This document shows, in pieces, positions 27,100 through 37,849 of a stretch of 64,000 bases of DNA. Made by a program: the position numbers and the translations under genes. The notes under the pieces were generated by a model. It made no database searches, was not told where the DNA came from, and saw only the letters and a program-made list of their open reading frames with translations. Position 1 is the first letter of the stretch. Every line of letters begins with the position of its first letter. Where the stretch lies: assembly GCA_002066995.1 (NCBI GenBank), contig MWTC01000031.1, positions 11,649-75,648 on the forward strand, read 5' to 3'. Origin of the DNA: Sphingobacteriales bacterium UTBCD1 (lineage in GTDB: Bacteria > Bacteroidota > Bacteroidia > Chitinophagales > Chitinophagaceae).

Positions 27100-28473
27100 T
27101 TATAGATGCTTATCTTCTTCTTCCTTGAAGAGTTCAATAATCCCGTCTTTGAATTTGCTCCAGAAATTCTGAAGGCCTTTTCTGCTCTCTAATTTTTCCC
27201 TGCTAACCTCACCTTCCTCATCAACCAATACTACTTCTTCTTCCGTTCTCTTCAATCCGTCAGGCACTTCCACTTTCCTGTAATCTTTTTCAAATTGCTT
27301 GCGGTTATGTTCATAATCATCATATCCTTTCAGGATAAGTCCTATGCAAGTGGAATAAGTCGGTTTTGCCAGTTCTTCAATATGACCTGCAGCGAGGTGT
27401 TCATTCGGAAATCCTATTCTTGCAGGCAACCCGGTCACGTATTCTGTAAGCTGGATCAGGTGCCTTAATTGTGATCCACCCCCTGTAAGCACCACCCCCC
27501 CATTCAATGCTTTGTTATCCAGTCCTACTTGCTTGAGATGATACGTCACAAAATCAAGTATCTCGCTCATTCTTGCCTGTACAATATTGGCAAGATTCTT
27601 TACACTGATTTCTTTGGCAGGCATTCCTCTCAATCCAGGGATTGTGATGTATGCATTTGCTTTTGCTTCATTGGCCAGTGCGCTTCCAAACTGCACTTTC
27701 ATGGCTTCAGCCTGTGTTCTCAAAACACCTAACCCTGTTTTGATATCGTTGGTAATATTTTCTCCCGCAAATGGAATGACAGCAGTATGCTTCAAAATGC
27801 CTTCATAGAAAACTGCAAGATCTGTAGTACCGCCGCCAATATCAACAATAGCAACGCCGGATTCAAGATCTTCCTGACACATAACTGCAGAAGACGAAGC
27901 TAACGGCTGCAATACAAGATCTTTGGTTATCAGGCCCGCTTTCATTACACTGCGGTTTATATTTTTTATTGCATTCTTATCTCCGGTGATGATGTGAAAA
28001 TTTGCACCCACCTTCACACCACCATAGCCGATGGGGTTCGGAATATTCTGAAAATTATCTACCGTGAATTCCTGGGCGATCACATCAATGATCTGGTCGC
28101 CTGCGGGAATATAAGTTTTATACTGATCCTCGACGAGCTGGTCAATTTCCTTCTGTGTAATTTCATTCTCCGTATTTTGGCGTACAATATCGCCTCTTGT
28201 CTGCAAGCTTTTAATATGATGCCCGGCCACACCCACATAAACATCTCTGATTTTGAGATCGGGGTTGGAAGCAAGACAATCATCCAGCGCTGCCTTGATG
28301 GCCTTGATGGTCTCATCAATATTGAGCACCTGCCCGTGTTTTACACCATTGCTGTTGGCACGGCCAAAGCCGAGAATTTCCAATTTGCCGAATTCATTTT
28401 TTCTGCCGGCAATGACCGCAATTTTTGTTGTCCCAATGTCCAGGCCGACAATAATGGGTTGTTCGTTGTTCAT
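27100..28473 (-). CDS. ftsA: Cell division protein FtsA
   Basis: Actin-like ATPase motifs IVGLDIGTTKIAVIAG and VDIGGGTTDLAV. Sits between ftsQ and ftsZ. Confidence 0.95.
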   Translation of the reverse strand: MNNEQPIIVGLDIGTTKIAVIAGRKNEFGKLEILGFGRANSNGVKHGQVLNIDETIKAIKAALDDCLASNPDLKIRDVYVGVAGHHIKSLQTRGDIVRQNTENEITQKEIDQLVEDQYKTYIPAGDQIIDVIAQEFTVDNFQNIPNPIGYGGVKVGANFHIITGDKNAIKNINRSVMKAGLITKDLVLQPLASSSAVMCQEDLESGVAIVDIGGGTTDLAVFYEGILKHTAVIPFAGENITNDIKTGLGVLRTQAEAMKVQFGSALANEAKANAYITIPGLRGMPAKEISVKNLANIVQARMSEILDFVTYHLKQVGLDNKALNGGVVLTGGGSQLRHLIQLTEYVTGLPARIGFPNEHLAAGHIEELAKPTYSTCIGLILKGYDDYEHNRKQFEKDYRKVEVPDGLKRTEEEVVLVDEEGEVSREKLESRKGLQNFWSKFKDGIIELFKEEEDKHL

Positions 28474-28522
28474 AGTATGTTGTTTTTAGTTGTTTACAAA
28501 AACATGTTTGATAAAATACTTT

Positions 28523-29569
28523 TTAATTCTTCCCAGTCATAACTGCCTTTGGCTTTTTAGCTTTTTCAACAGTTATGGGTTTCAGGGGTGCTTTCACGGG
28601 TTTCGGGTATTTTGCTTTAACCTTTTCCTTTTTTATTTCCTGTCTTTCCCCATTCTCTTCCAATGTATCTTTTGTCATCAACGGTTTATCTATATTCTGC
28701 CCGGTCGTAAAGCTGGTATCGCTCTGCATCTGCTGTGCCTGCAGCATCAAACGTTCTACATTCTTTCTCAACTGAACAGAATCGACCTTAGTCATCTGTT
28801 TTCCTTTTATCGCTACCACCTGTCCGCTAAACCGCACATCAATGGTTGCATATTTATTGAAACCGGTTTTGCTCAGCACGTCTTTATAAAAGATCATAAG
28901 CCGTCCAAACTTTTCTTCCACATTTTCCCCATCACCTAATTCTACAGTATGATTGCCGACCGCCGGGGTCATTTCAAACTCCTGATCGTCAGTGACACTG
29001 ATCTGTGCCACCTGAGACATCCAGAATGAATTAGTCAAGATGAACGCTGCAATATTTTTTACCTGGCGGAGTAAAATACTGTCTTTCGATTTAGATATCT
29101 TATCCGGATACCCGGTAAACACCGGCACCTCTGCCACAGCCCTCTCTGATAATGGCAGCTTTTTCGCAGAATTGTCAATATAAAAAGACTTATTCCCTGT
29201 ACTGAATATTCTTGCTACAGGCTCTCTTTCGCTAACAGCTAAGTGCAATACATTTTTATTATCGAAATAAAGTTGTGCATCTTTGATCCATACATTTTTT
29301 TCAAGTGTTCTTTCTAACGAGTGAAGGTCCACAGCGGACAATGCCTGGCCTGTGATCTTAACATGGTTATCTTCAGCAAGCAATTGAAGTATATCATCCT
29401 TCTGAATAAAGGCATGTCCCGGATCACCTTTTACAGTAATACTAATGCCTTTACAGAGCTCCTTATTTTTCTTCCCGATTGCAGCTACTAATAATGTCAG
29501 CATGCCGCCGCCGATCATCAGCCAGATGGCCGTAAATAAAATATTCCGTATCGTTTTTTTAGTATCCAC
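28523..29569 (-). CDS. ftsQ: Cell division protein FtsQ-like (Lys-rich C-terminal extension)
   Basis: Single N-terminal TM helix followed by a POTRA-like region, positioned between murC and ftsA. GTG start overlaps the murC TAG by 1 nt. Confidence 0.8.
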   Translation of the reverse strand: MDTKKTIRNILFTAIWLMIGGGMLTLLVAAIGKKNKELCKGISITVKGDPGHAFIQKDDILQLLAEDNHVKITGQALSAVDLHSLERTLEKNVWIKDAQLYFDNKNVLHLAVSEREPVARIFSTGNKSFYIDNSAKKLPLSERAVAEVPVFTGYPDKISKSKDSILLRQVKNIAAFILTNSFWMSQVAQISVTDDQEFEMTPAVGNHTVELGDGENVEEKFGRLMIFYKDVLSKTGFNKYATIDVRFSGQVVAIKGKQMTKVDSVQLRKNVERLMLQAQQMQSDTSFTTGQNIDKPLMTKDTLEENGERQEIKKEKVKAKYPKPVKAPLKPITVEKAKKPKAVMTGKN

Positions 29570-30972
29570 TATTTTTTTTCAATTATTTCTTTTATCGGTT
29601 CCACCAGCCTGTCTATATCTCCTGCGCCGGCGGTAATCAGGATTTTTCTTCCCGGTGATAAAGAAAGTTTTTTCAGCCAGTTCATTAATCCTTCTTTACT
29701 CAACACCTGTTTTTGTTCGTTTTTCATTTTACCCAGGATCATTTCACTGCTAACACCCTCAATCGGCAACTCCCTTGCAGGATAGACCGGAAGAAGAATC
29801 ACTTCATCTGCTTCATCAAGCGCTTCAGCAAAATCATCTGCCAGATCTCTTGTTCTCGTGTACAAATGCGGCTGAAAAATGACCGTGCATTTTTGGCCGC
29901 TGAACAAGGACTTGGCTCCATGAATAAGTGCCCTTAATTCCTCCGGGTGATGAGCATAGTCATCTATAAAAACAACACGATCCTTTTTGATGATATACTC
30001 AAATCTTCTTTTTACACCTTTAAAAGAACTGACTGCTTTCCTGATTTTCTCTTCTTCAATTCCCAGAAAACCAGCTACCGCTACTGCCGCTACTGTATTC
30101 TCCACATTATGTAACCCGCCAATATGCAGTTCCATTTCTTTGAGTGTTTTTCCTTCAATCATTATTTCAAAGAAATAGCTGCCGTTCATCATCCGGATAT
30201 TCTGAGCATAAGCGCCGGCTTTCTTGTCCTGCAAACTGTACGTCCAATGCTTTGCTGAATGCAGATCCTTTTCTCTTTTCAATCCCGATTTTGTCAGCAA
30301 TAAACCATCCTGCCTTAATCTCCGGCTGAATTCAATGAATGCTTTTTCCATTTCTAATGCCGTACCATAGATATCCAGGTGGTCAGCATCCATTGCCGTG
30401 ATCACAGCGATGTCCGGGCTTAATTTCAAAAAACTCCTGTCATATTCATCTGCTTCCACCACGCAGGTGCTTCTCCCGCCATGTCGTTCTTTCCCGGCAG
30501 ATTCCGATAACCAGAAATTCGTTCCGTAGTTCACAGAAACTCCTCCAAGAAAAGCAGTACAACCATAATCACTGTCACGAAGGATATGAGCTATCAACGT
30601 GGTGATGGTTGTTTTGCCATGCGTACCTGAAACACAGATATTAAAAGAACTTTGAGTGATCATCTGAAGCACATCGCTTCTTTTTACAACCCTGTACCCG
30701 TTTTGCTGATAATAGATCAGCTCTTTATGATCCTTCGGAACTGCCGGCGTATAAACCACCAGCTGAACATCCTTAGGAATTAATTCCACTTCTTCGCTGT
30801 AATGAACATCCATTCCGCTCTGCTGCAATTCACGGGTCAGCGCTGATTCTGTTCTATCGTATCCGGATACTTTCACACCTTTGGAATGGAAGTACCTTGC
30901 CAACGCACTCATTCCGATTCCACCAATCCCGATAAAATAAACCGACCTGATCTTTTTAATTTCATCACTCAT
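29569..30972 (-). CDS. murC: UDP-N-acetylmuramate--L-alanine ligase
   Basis: FIGIGGIGMSALA N-terminus and GTHGKTTIT P-loop. dcw context. Confidence 0.95.
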   Translation of the reverse strand: MSDEIKKIRSVYFIGIGGIGMSALARYFHSKGVKVSGYDRTESALTRELQQSGMDVHYSEEVELIPKDVQLVVYTPAVPKDHKELIYYQQNGYRVVKRSDVLQMITQSSFNICVSGTHGKTTITTLIAHILRDSDYGCTAFLGGVSVNYGTNFWLSESAGKERHGGRSTCVVEADEYDRSFLKLSPDIAVITAMDADHLDIYGTALEMEKAFIEFSRRLRQDGLLLTKSGLKREKDLHSAKHWTYSLQDKKAGAYAQNIRMMNGSYFFEIMIEGKTLKEMELHIGGLHNVENTVAAVAVAGFLGIEEEKIRKAVSSFKGVKRRFEYIIKKDRVVFIDDYAHHPEELRALIHGAKSLFSGQKCTVIFQPHLYTRTRDLADDFAEALDEADEVILLPVYPARELPIEGVSSEMILGKMKNEQKQVLSKEGLMNWLKKLSLSPGRKILITAGAGDIDRLVEPIKEIIEKK

Positions 30973-31064
30973 TTTTAAGTTTTCAATTCACATCAATCTT
31001 TTCCCCCCGAAGGGGGTATTCATAAGGACAGTATTGCTTGGACCTTCTTCTGCCCGGTTTCTTT

Positions 31065-32213
31065 TCAGGAAACCAGCGCTTTTAAAATTTCCTCTGATAT
31101 CTTTTTATCTGCATCAGTTATTGCCAGTACAGATATATTTTTTTTCAATTCATTTTGCCGGTTCTCATCATGTGACAGGCCAAGGATCAATGGGACCAGT
31201 TTCTCACCTGCCTCATTATTCTTCACTATCAATGCTGCATTTTTATTTACCAACTGCAATGCATTCACAGTCTGATGATCTTCTGCAGCAAAGGGGTAGG
31301 GTACAAATATTACCGGCTTTTTTGCAACACACAATTCTGCAACCGTCATGGCGCCTGAACGTGATACCACTATATCTGCCGCCGCATACGCATATTCCAT
31401 CTGTGCAATAAAGTCGTTTGCCCAAATTCCTTCTCTTCCTTTGATCCGCTCTCTTGCCTGCTCTATGTAAGGCTTACCGGTTTGCCATACCAGCTGCAAT
31501 CCTGCATGCAGCAGGTCATCGAGGCCTTTGCCAACAGCTTCATTGATCGATCTTGCTCCCAGGCTTCCTCCAAAAACAAGAACTGTTTTTTTCCTCTCAT
31601 CCAGCGAAAAGAACTTTATTCCTTCATTCCTGGTTAAAGTTGACCGGGAGATTGAAGTACGGACCGGATTGCCTGTCAAAATGATTTTTTCTTTTGGAAA
31701 AAATTTTTCCATCCCATTTGTTGCCACAAAAATGCCTGTTGCTTTTTTCCCCAATAAAATATTCGACTTTCCTGCAAAAGAATTCGACTCATGGATGAAT
31801 GCCGGGATCCCTTTTGACTGGGCCACCCGCAACACCGGGAAACTTGAATACCCGCCTACCCCGACCACAGCATCCGGTTTGAATCTTTTCAGGATCTTAC
31901 GCACCTGAAAAAAACTCTTCACCAGCTTAAATGGAAGTCCAACATTTTTTATCAAAGAGCTTCTATTAAAACCAGCTATATTGATTCCTTCAATTTTATA
32001 CCCTGCCTGCGGCACTTTCTCCATCTCCATTTTTCCTTTTGCCCCTACAAACAATATTTCCGTATCAGGCCTTTCTCTTTTCAATGCGTTTGCAATGGCA
32101 ATTGCAGGGAAAATATGTCCTCCTGTTCCTCCGCCTGCAATTATTATTTTTTTTCTCCCCGCTTCCCTAAGGGAAGATTCTGAAATACCCCTATCACTCA
32201 TTTTATCATTCAT
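31065..32213 (-). CDS. murG: UDP-N-acetylglucosamine--N-acetylmuramyl-(pentapeptide) pyrophosphoryl-undecaprenol GlcNAc transferase
   Basis: IIAGGGTGGHIFPAIAIA motif. The start is trimmed to the ATG at 32213 (alternative 32201), just after the ftsW stop. The longer ORF-track call overlaps ftsW. Confidence 0.9.
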   Translation of the reverse strand: MNDKMSDRGISESSLREAGRKKIIIAGGGTGGHIFPAIAIANALKRERPDTEILFVGAKGKMEMEKVPQAGYKIEGINIAGFNRSSLIKNVGLPFKLVKSFFQVRKILKRFKPDAVVGVGGYSSFPVLRVAQSKGIPAFIHESNSFAGKSNILLGKKATGIFVATNGMEKFFPKEKIILTGNPVRTSISRSTLTRNEGIKFFSLDERKKTVLVFGGSLGARSINEAVGKGLDDLLHAGLQLVWQTGKPYIEQARERIKGREGIWANDFIAQMEYAYAAADIVVSRSGAMTVAELCVAKKPVIFVPYPFAAEDHQTVNALQLVNKNAALIVKNNEAGEKLVPLILGLSHDENRQNELKKNISVLAITDADKKISEEILKALVS

Positions 32214-32224
32214 CACAAAACATT

Positions 32225-33496
32225 TTAAAGAGCTTTTGTTTCTTCTGCAGATTTTAATGAACTTTCCTGTTCCACATTTCTGGCAACACTTAATATGATC
32301 CCGATAGAAAGGCACGTGAACAAAAAACTTGTGCCTCCCATGCTCACCAGCGGCAAAGTCACGCCGGTTACCGGAAACAAATTCACCGTCACTGCCATAT
32401 TTATCATTGCCTGTAATGCCAGGGTAAAACTCAAGCCCAATGCAAGGAAAGCGCCGAATGCGTAAGGGCACCGTTTAAATATCCGGATGCAGCGATACAG
32501 GAAAACGAGATAAATAAATAAAATAAATATGCCCCCTATCAATCCATACTCTTCAATGATTATGGCAAAAATGAAATCATTATATGCCTGCGGCAAATAA
32601 TCCCTCGTCGTACTATTGCCGGGGCCAACACCAAAAATGCCACCTTTGGCGATAGCAATTTTCGCCTGGTTTACCTGGTATGAATCATCATTATCGGCAT
32701 CCTTAGTATCATAAATAAAATTTTCCACTCTCCCGACCCATGTATCTACACGGGAGAATAAACCAGCAGATGTTTTCTTCGTGGCAGTTGCATCATCATT
32801 GCCTGATTTGTGGCGGATCACTGCCGCCATGATCAGCATTAAGACCGGGACCAGTGCGATACCAATGATAACAAGAATGTGCTTTACCCTTGCACGCCCG
32901 ATGAACAGTAACATCAGGCAACTGGCACCGAGTAATAATGCTGTTGAAAGATTAGCGGGAGCAATCAGCAAACAGGTAATAGCTACCGGGGTCATGATCG
33001 GTAAAAATCCTTTTTTCAGGTCCTTGATCACATCCTGTTTTTTACTGATCAGCCTTGCCAGGTACATGAACAATGCGAGCTTTGCCAGATCTGAAGTTTG
33101 CATGGTCATATTGATCAATGGCAATCGTATCCACCTGCTGCCTTCATTCATCCGAACGCCAAAAAATAAGGTGTACAATAAAAGCGGGATGGAGAGAATA
33201 AATAGGACCTGAGCTACTTTCGAATACACAGTATAATTGATACGGTGTGCAAAATAGATCACCATTATGCCTGCCATGATGAAACCGATCTGCTTGAATA
33301 AATAAACTTCAGTGTCTCCTTTAAAATTCTTGTATGCAAGAGAACCCGTAGCGCTATACACAGCAAGCAACGAAACCAATGCCAGCAATACCACCAATGC
33401 CCAGATCACTTTATCACCCCTGGTATGCTGGTGCAAATTCCTGTGCCATCCTTTCAGCGGGTGTTGCAGGGTTTGTATGTTTGTCTGTTCCATCAT
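32225..33496 (-). CDS. ftsW: SEDS-family peptidoglycan polymerase FtsW
   Basis: About 10 TM helices, a SEDS-like loop (MQTSDLAKLAL) and a position between murD and murG. Confidence 0.9.
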   Translation of the reverse strand: MMEQTNIQTLQHPLKGWHRNLHQHTRGDKVIWALVVLLALVSLLAVYSATGSLAYKNFKGDTEVYLFKQIGFIMAGIMVIYFAHRINYTVYSKVAQVLFILSIPLLLYTLFFGVRMNEGSRWIRLPLINMTMQTSDLAKLALFMYLARLISKKQDVIKDLKKGFLPIMTPVAITCLLIAPANLSTALLLGASCLMLLFIGRARVKHILVIIGIALVPVLMLIMAAVIRHKSGNDDATATKKTSAGLFSRVDTWVGRVENFIYDTKDADNDDSYQVNQAKIAIAKGGIFGVGPGNSTTRDYLPQAYNDFIFAIIIEEYGLIGGIFILFIYLVFLYRCIRIFKRCPYAFGAFLALGLSFTLALQAMINMAVTVNLFPVTGVTLPLVSMGGTSFLFTCLSIGIILSVARNVEQESSLKSAEETKAL

Positions 33497-33519
33497 TTTT
33501 AATTACCTGTTTCCAACGC

Positions 33520-34860
33520 TTACAACTCTCTCACAGCTTTCTTAAACTGGTTTCCCCTGTCCTCATAGTTTTTAAATAAATCAAAACTGGCGCATGCAGG
33601 GCTCAGCAGCACCACATCGCCTTTATCAGCAAAATGAAAGGCAGCCCGTACGGATTCAGAGGCGCTGCCGGTGTTTACGATAGGGTTAACATACTTTCCG
33701 AAGGCATCATGAATCTTCCGGTTATCTTTTCCAAGACATATAATCGCTTTCACTTTCTCTTTCACCATATCATTAAGAAGTGAATAATCATTTCCTTTAT
33801 CAACCCCGCCCAGGATAAGAATAGTAGGCCTGGTCATGCTTTCCAATGCATACCAGGTAGAATTTACATTGGTGGCTTTACTGTCATTGACAAATTCCAC
33901 CCCACGTACTGTTGACACATATTCCATCCGGTGCTCCAGGCTTTGAAAGTCCTTTACAGCATCACGCACTTTCTCCTTCCTGATATCCATGGTCACTGCT
34001 GCCAGGCTTGCCGCCATGGTATTATAATGGTTGTGCTTTCCTCTTAATGCAAAGTCAAAAACGCTCATCATTTTATATTCGCTTCCTGTTCTGATATACA
34101 TATCTCCGTCTTTGATAAATGCCCCATGGCGTAATTCTTTTCTCATACTGAATGGCAGTAGTTTAGATTGAATATTGAATTGTTTTATATATTTCATAGT
34201 TACTTCATCGTCTTCGCAGAAAATGAAATAATCATTTGGCTGCTGGTTCATGGTAATCCGGAATTTGCTCCGGATGTAATTTTCAAACCTGTATTCGTAA
34301 CGATCCAGGTGGTCTTCGGTGATATTGGTCAGCACGGCTATGTCCGGCCGGAACGCTTTGATATCATCTAACTGGAAGCTGCTCACTTCAGTTACATATA
34401 ATTGTTTCGGATCTTCAGCTACCTGCCGGGCAAATGAAAAACCTATATTCCCAACCATCGCACAATCCAGGCCTGCAGTTTTGCAGATATGAAATGTTAG
34501 TGCCGTGGTGGTGGTTTTGCCGTTGCTGCCGGTGATCGCAATGATCCTGCTGTTTCCTTTGAAGCGATAAGCCAGTTCAATCTCACTGATGATCTCAATT
34601 CCTTTCTCCCTGATCTTTTTCACCATTTCATTTTTTTCAGGAATGCCCGGGCTTTTCATCACTTCTTCTGCCCGGAGAATTTTTTCTTCATTATGGTTTT
34701 CTTCTTCAAAATCAATTCCCGACTGTTCCAGTTCGTTACGGTATTTTTCATTCAAAGAGCCTGAGTCAGAAACGAACACATCATACCCGTTTTTCTTTGC
34801 GAGTAAAGCAGCACCTACACCGCTTTCTCCGCCGCCCAATATGGCAATTCGTTTGCTCAT
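33520..34860 (-). CDS. murD: UDP-N-acetylmuramoylalanine--D-glutamate ligase
   Basis: ILGGGESGVGAALLA Rossmann N-terminus and GSNGKTTTT P-loop. Confidence 0.95.
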   Translation of the reverse strand: MSKRIAILGGGESGVGAALLAKKNGYDVFVSDSGSLNEKYRNELEQSGIDFEEENHNEEKILRAEEVMKSPGIPEKNEMVKKIREKGIEIISEIELAYRFKGNSRIIAITGSNGKTTTTALTFHICKTAGLDCAMVGNIGFSFARQVAEDPKQLYVTEVSSFQLDDIKAFRPDIAVLTNITEDHLDRYEYRFENYIRSKFRITMNQQPNDYFIFCEDDEVTMKYIKQFNIQSKLLPFSMRKELRHGAFIKDGDMYIRTGSEYKMMSVFDFALRGKHNHYNTMAASLAAVTMDIRKEKVRDAVKDFQSLEHRMEYVSTVRGVEFVNDSKATNVNSTWYALESMTRPTILILGGVDKGNDYSLLNDMVKEKVKAIICLGKDNRKIHDAFGKYVNPIVNTGSASESVRAAFHFADKGDVVLLSPACASFDLFKNYEDRGNQFKKAVREL

Positions 34861-35017
34861 GTTTCCTTACATGTACGGAACCTGGTTCTTCACAAGTATT
34901 AGTTTTTCAACTGCACCACAATTCGGTTTGGACTTTGAATCCGGTTTTTCAAAAAATTGGATCAGCGGTTTTCCATTAATATTTTCATATATCGAACCGC
35001 CCTGAAATCTTAATCGG

Positions 35018-36295
35018 TCATCTCAACTTCAAAGTTGCAACGCTTGCCAGGACACAAAGCACCGTTACTATCCAGAATCTTGTTACGATCTTTGCTTCAT
35101 GATATCCCAGCTTCTGGTAATGATGATGCAACGGGCTCATCAAAAAGATCCTTTTTCCCGCACCATATTTTCTCTTCGTATATTTAAAATATCCGACCTG
35201 CAGCATCACACTGATACTTTCCACCAGGAACACTCCGCAAAAGATCGGTATCAGCAATTCCTTATGCACAATAATGGCCAATGCAGCAATGATACCTCCC
35301 AATGTGAGGCTGCCTGTATCTCCCATAAATACCTGTGCCGGATACGAATTATACCATAGAAACCCGATGCAGGCTCCGATCATCGCTGCAATAAAAATGG
35401 ACAACTCATCCAGGTCGGGGATGTACATGATGTTCAGGTAATCAGCAAAAAAGAAATTACCGCTGCAATAAGCGAATATCCCCAGCACAACACCTATCAA
35501 CGCTGATGTTCCCGACGCCAGCCCATCCAGCCCGTCTGTGATATTTGCTCCATTCGAAACAGCCGTAATGATGAATATCACTATCAATATGTAAAGAACC
35601 CATGTGTAATCTCTCCATCCAGACGGCAACAATTTTGAATAATTGAACTCATGATTTTTCACAAAAGGAATTGTTGTGATCGGGATTTTCGTTTCAACAA
35701 AATATTTTATCCTTCCATTCACCGGTTTTGCAATTACCGTTGTGTCACTTGCCGACGGCGTTCCGATAAACTCTCTCCATATTTTCACATTGCTGTTGAA
35801 ATAAAGGGTGGCACCCACGATAACCCCCAATCCTATCTGTCCCAGAATTTTAAATTTGCCTGCCAATCCATGCTTATCGCTCTTCTTATATTTTTCACCT
35901 TTTTGCTGCGCAATTCTTTTTGCTCTCAGCTTCAGGAAATCATCTACAAACCCTATGATACCAAGCCACAGTGTGCTGAACACCATCAGGCGTACATAAG
36001 CTTTGTTCAGGTTTGCCAGCAATATTGTCGGGATCAGAATTGCCAGGATAATAATGATCCCTCCCATTGTAGGCGTTCCCTTCTTTATTTCTTCTCCCGC
36101 CAAACCAAGATCTCGGACACTTTCTCCCACTAATTTCTTTTTAAGGATACGGATAAGCTTCTTTCCATAAATCATTGTTATCACCAAAGACAGGAGCATT
36201 GCCATTAAAACCCTGAATGAAACAAACTCAAATAACCCGCTGCCGGGAAATTTATGCCCGTTTTCGTTCAGCCAATGAAACAAATGATACAGCAT
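35018..36295 (-). CDS. mraY: Phospho-N-acetylmuramoyl-pentapeptide transferase
   Basis: Polytopic membrane protein with TPTMGG, DDF.K and MGDTGSL motifs. Confidence 0.95.
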   Translation of the reverse strand: MLYHLFHWLNENGHKFPGSGLFEFVSFRVLMAMLLSLVITMIYGKKLIRILKKKLVGESVRDLGLAGEEIKKGTPTMGGIIIILAILIPTILLANLNKAYVRLMVFSTLWLGIIGFVDDFLKLRAKRIAQQKGEKYKKSDKHGLAGKFKILGQIGLGVIVGATLYFNSNVKIWREFIGTPSASDTTVIAKPVNGRIKYFVETKIPITTIPFVKNHEFNYSKLLPSGWRDYTWVLYILIVIFIITAVSNGANITDGLDGLASGTSALIGVVLGIFAYCSGNFFFADYLNIMYIPDLDELSIFIAAMIGACIGFLWYNSYPAQVFMGDTGSLTLGGIIAALAIIVHKELLIPIFCGVFLVESISVMLQVGYFKYTKRKYGAGKRIFLMSPLHHHYQKLGYHEAKIVTRFWIVTVLCVLASVATLKLR

Positions 36296-36384
36296 TATCG
36301 GTTATTGGTTTATCCTTCGGATTTTTCTTTTTTAAAACTGCTCAACCCATCATCTATTCCTGCCTCAGACATCTGTCTAAAAAA

Positions 36385-37848
36385 TTATTTTTTCAACTCT
36401 TCAAACAATTCTTTCACCACTTCTTTATCATCAAAATGATTTCTCACTCCTTTTATTTCCTGGTATTTCTCATGCCCTTTCCCGGCTACCAGTATTATAT
36501 CTTCCGGTCTTGCGAAACTTATTGCAGTTCTGATCGCTTCTTTCCTGTCTGCAATCGTGATATACTTTCTTTTTGCGGCTGCCCCTACCCCTGCTTCCAT
36601 CTGCCGGATAATTTGTTCAGGATCTTCACTTCTCGGGTTGTCGCTGGTGAAGATCACTTTATCACTATACTCACAAGCTACCTGAGCCATCTCCGGCCGT
36701 TTAGTTCTATCCCTGTCGCCGCCACACCCGACCACCGTGATCACCTGTTCAAAACCCTTTCTTAATTTTTTTATCGTTGCCAATACATTCAGCAGTGCAT
36801 CCGGTGTATGTGCATAATCCACTATCGCCATGACCTTTTCATTTGCCGATACCATGTAATCAAATCTTCCTTCTGCACCGGTCAATACACTCAAACATCT
36901 CAGCACTTCATGTTTGTCTTCGTTTAAACAGACAGCTGCACCATACACAGCCAGCAGGTTATATGCATTGAATTCCCCGATCAGCCTGAAATGCACTTCC
37001 CTGTCGTTTACCGTCATCACTAAACCGGTCAGGTTATTCTCAAGGATCTTTCCTTTAAAATCTGACATGGTCCTCAGGCTGTAGAAATATTTCTTTGCAT
37101 GAGTGTTCTGCAGCATCACATCACCTCTTTTATCATCTGCATTACTGATGGCAAAAGCATCAGAAGGCAATGAATCAAAAAAAGATTTTTTCACCCGGAT
37201 GTATTCATCAAAAGTTTTATGATAATCCAGGTGATCATGAGTGATGTTGCTGAAGATGCCCCCGGCGAATCTTAATCCCGAAATACGATGTTGTTGTATC
37301 GCATGTGAACTTGCTTCCATGAAAACATGAGAACAACCCGCATCCTTCATCTGCTTCAATGAGGTATTCAGACTGACAGCATCCGGAGTGGTATGTGTAG
37401 CCGAAACCACTTTTTCCCCGATCCTGTTTTCCACCGTACTCAGCAAACCGCATGTATATCCCAATGATGTAAAGAGCTTATATAATAATGTTGCTATCGT
37501 CGTTTTTCCGTTGGTGCCCGTCACACCCACCACTTTCATTTTTTCCGAAGGGGAATCAAAAAAATTATGGGCGATGTACCCGGCTGCAACTGCACTATTT
37601 TCTACCTGCACATAAGTAACCCCATCTCTAATCAATGAAGGGATCACTTCGCATACAATAACCGATGCGCCCGAACTGATTGCATTTTCAATGAACTGGT
37701 GACCATCCGCTGCCGTACCTTTCACCGCAATAAATACTGATCCCTTTTTCACCCTCCTCGAATCGATCTGTACATCATCCGCCTCTGCCTGTCTGTTTCC
37801 CAGCACTGACCGGATATGCACTTTATATAACAGGTCCTGCAACTTCAT
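36385..37848 (-). CDS. murE: UDP-N-acetylmuramoyl-L-alanyl-D-glutamate--2,6-diaminopimelate ligase
   Basis: GTNGKTT P-loop and the DNPRSEDP motif. TGA-T-ATG junction with ftsI. Confidence 0.95.
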   Translation of the reverse strand: MKLQDLLYKVHIRSVLGNRQAEADDVQIDSRRVKKGSVFIAVKGTAADGHQFIENAISSGASVIVCEVIPSLIRDGVTYVQVENSAVAAGYIAHNFFDSPSEKMKVVGVTGTNGKTTIATLLYKLFTSLGYTCGLLSTVENRIGEKVVSATHTTPDAVSLNTSLKQMKDAGCSHVFMEASSHAIQQHRISGLRFAGGIFSNITHDHLDYHKTFDEYIRVKKSFFDSLPSDAFAISNADDKRGDVMLQNTHAKKYFYSLRTMSDFKGKILENNLTGLVMTVNDREVHFRLIGEFNAYNLLAVYGAAVCLNEDKHEVLRCLSVLTGAEGRFDYMVSANEKVMAIVDYAHTPDALLNVLATIKKLRKGFEQVITVVGCGGDRDRTKRPEMAQVACEYSDKVIFTSDNPRSEDPEQIIRQMEAGVGAAAKRKYITIADRKEAIRTAISFARPEDIILVAGKGHEKYQEIKGVRNHFDDKEVVKELFEELKK

Positions 37849-37849
37849 A

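Noticed and set aside
30973-31064. The GC hairpin (CCCCC-GAA-GGGGG) between murG and murC, as an internal terminator.
   Set aside because: No U-run follows it on the coding (minus) strand, and it lies inside an operon that is usually co-transcribed. At most it is a processing or pause site, and I have no evidence for that.
32214-32471. The upstream 86 codons of the murG ORF-track call.
   Set aside because: They overlap the 3' end of ftsW, have an odd composition and precede the conserved GGGTGGH N-terminus. An ATG right after the ftsW stop fits better.
34861-36384. The absence of murF (and ddl) from the dcw cluster, as a possible deletion.
   Set aside because: The order murE-mraY-murD without murF is, to my knowledge, the normal Bacteroidota arrangement. 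The 157-bp and 89-bp gaps show no gene remnants.
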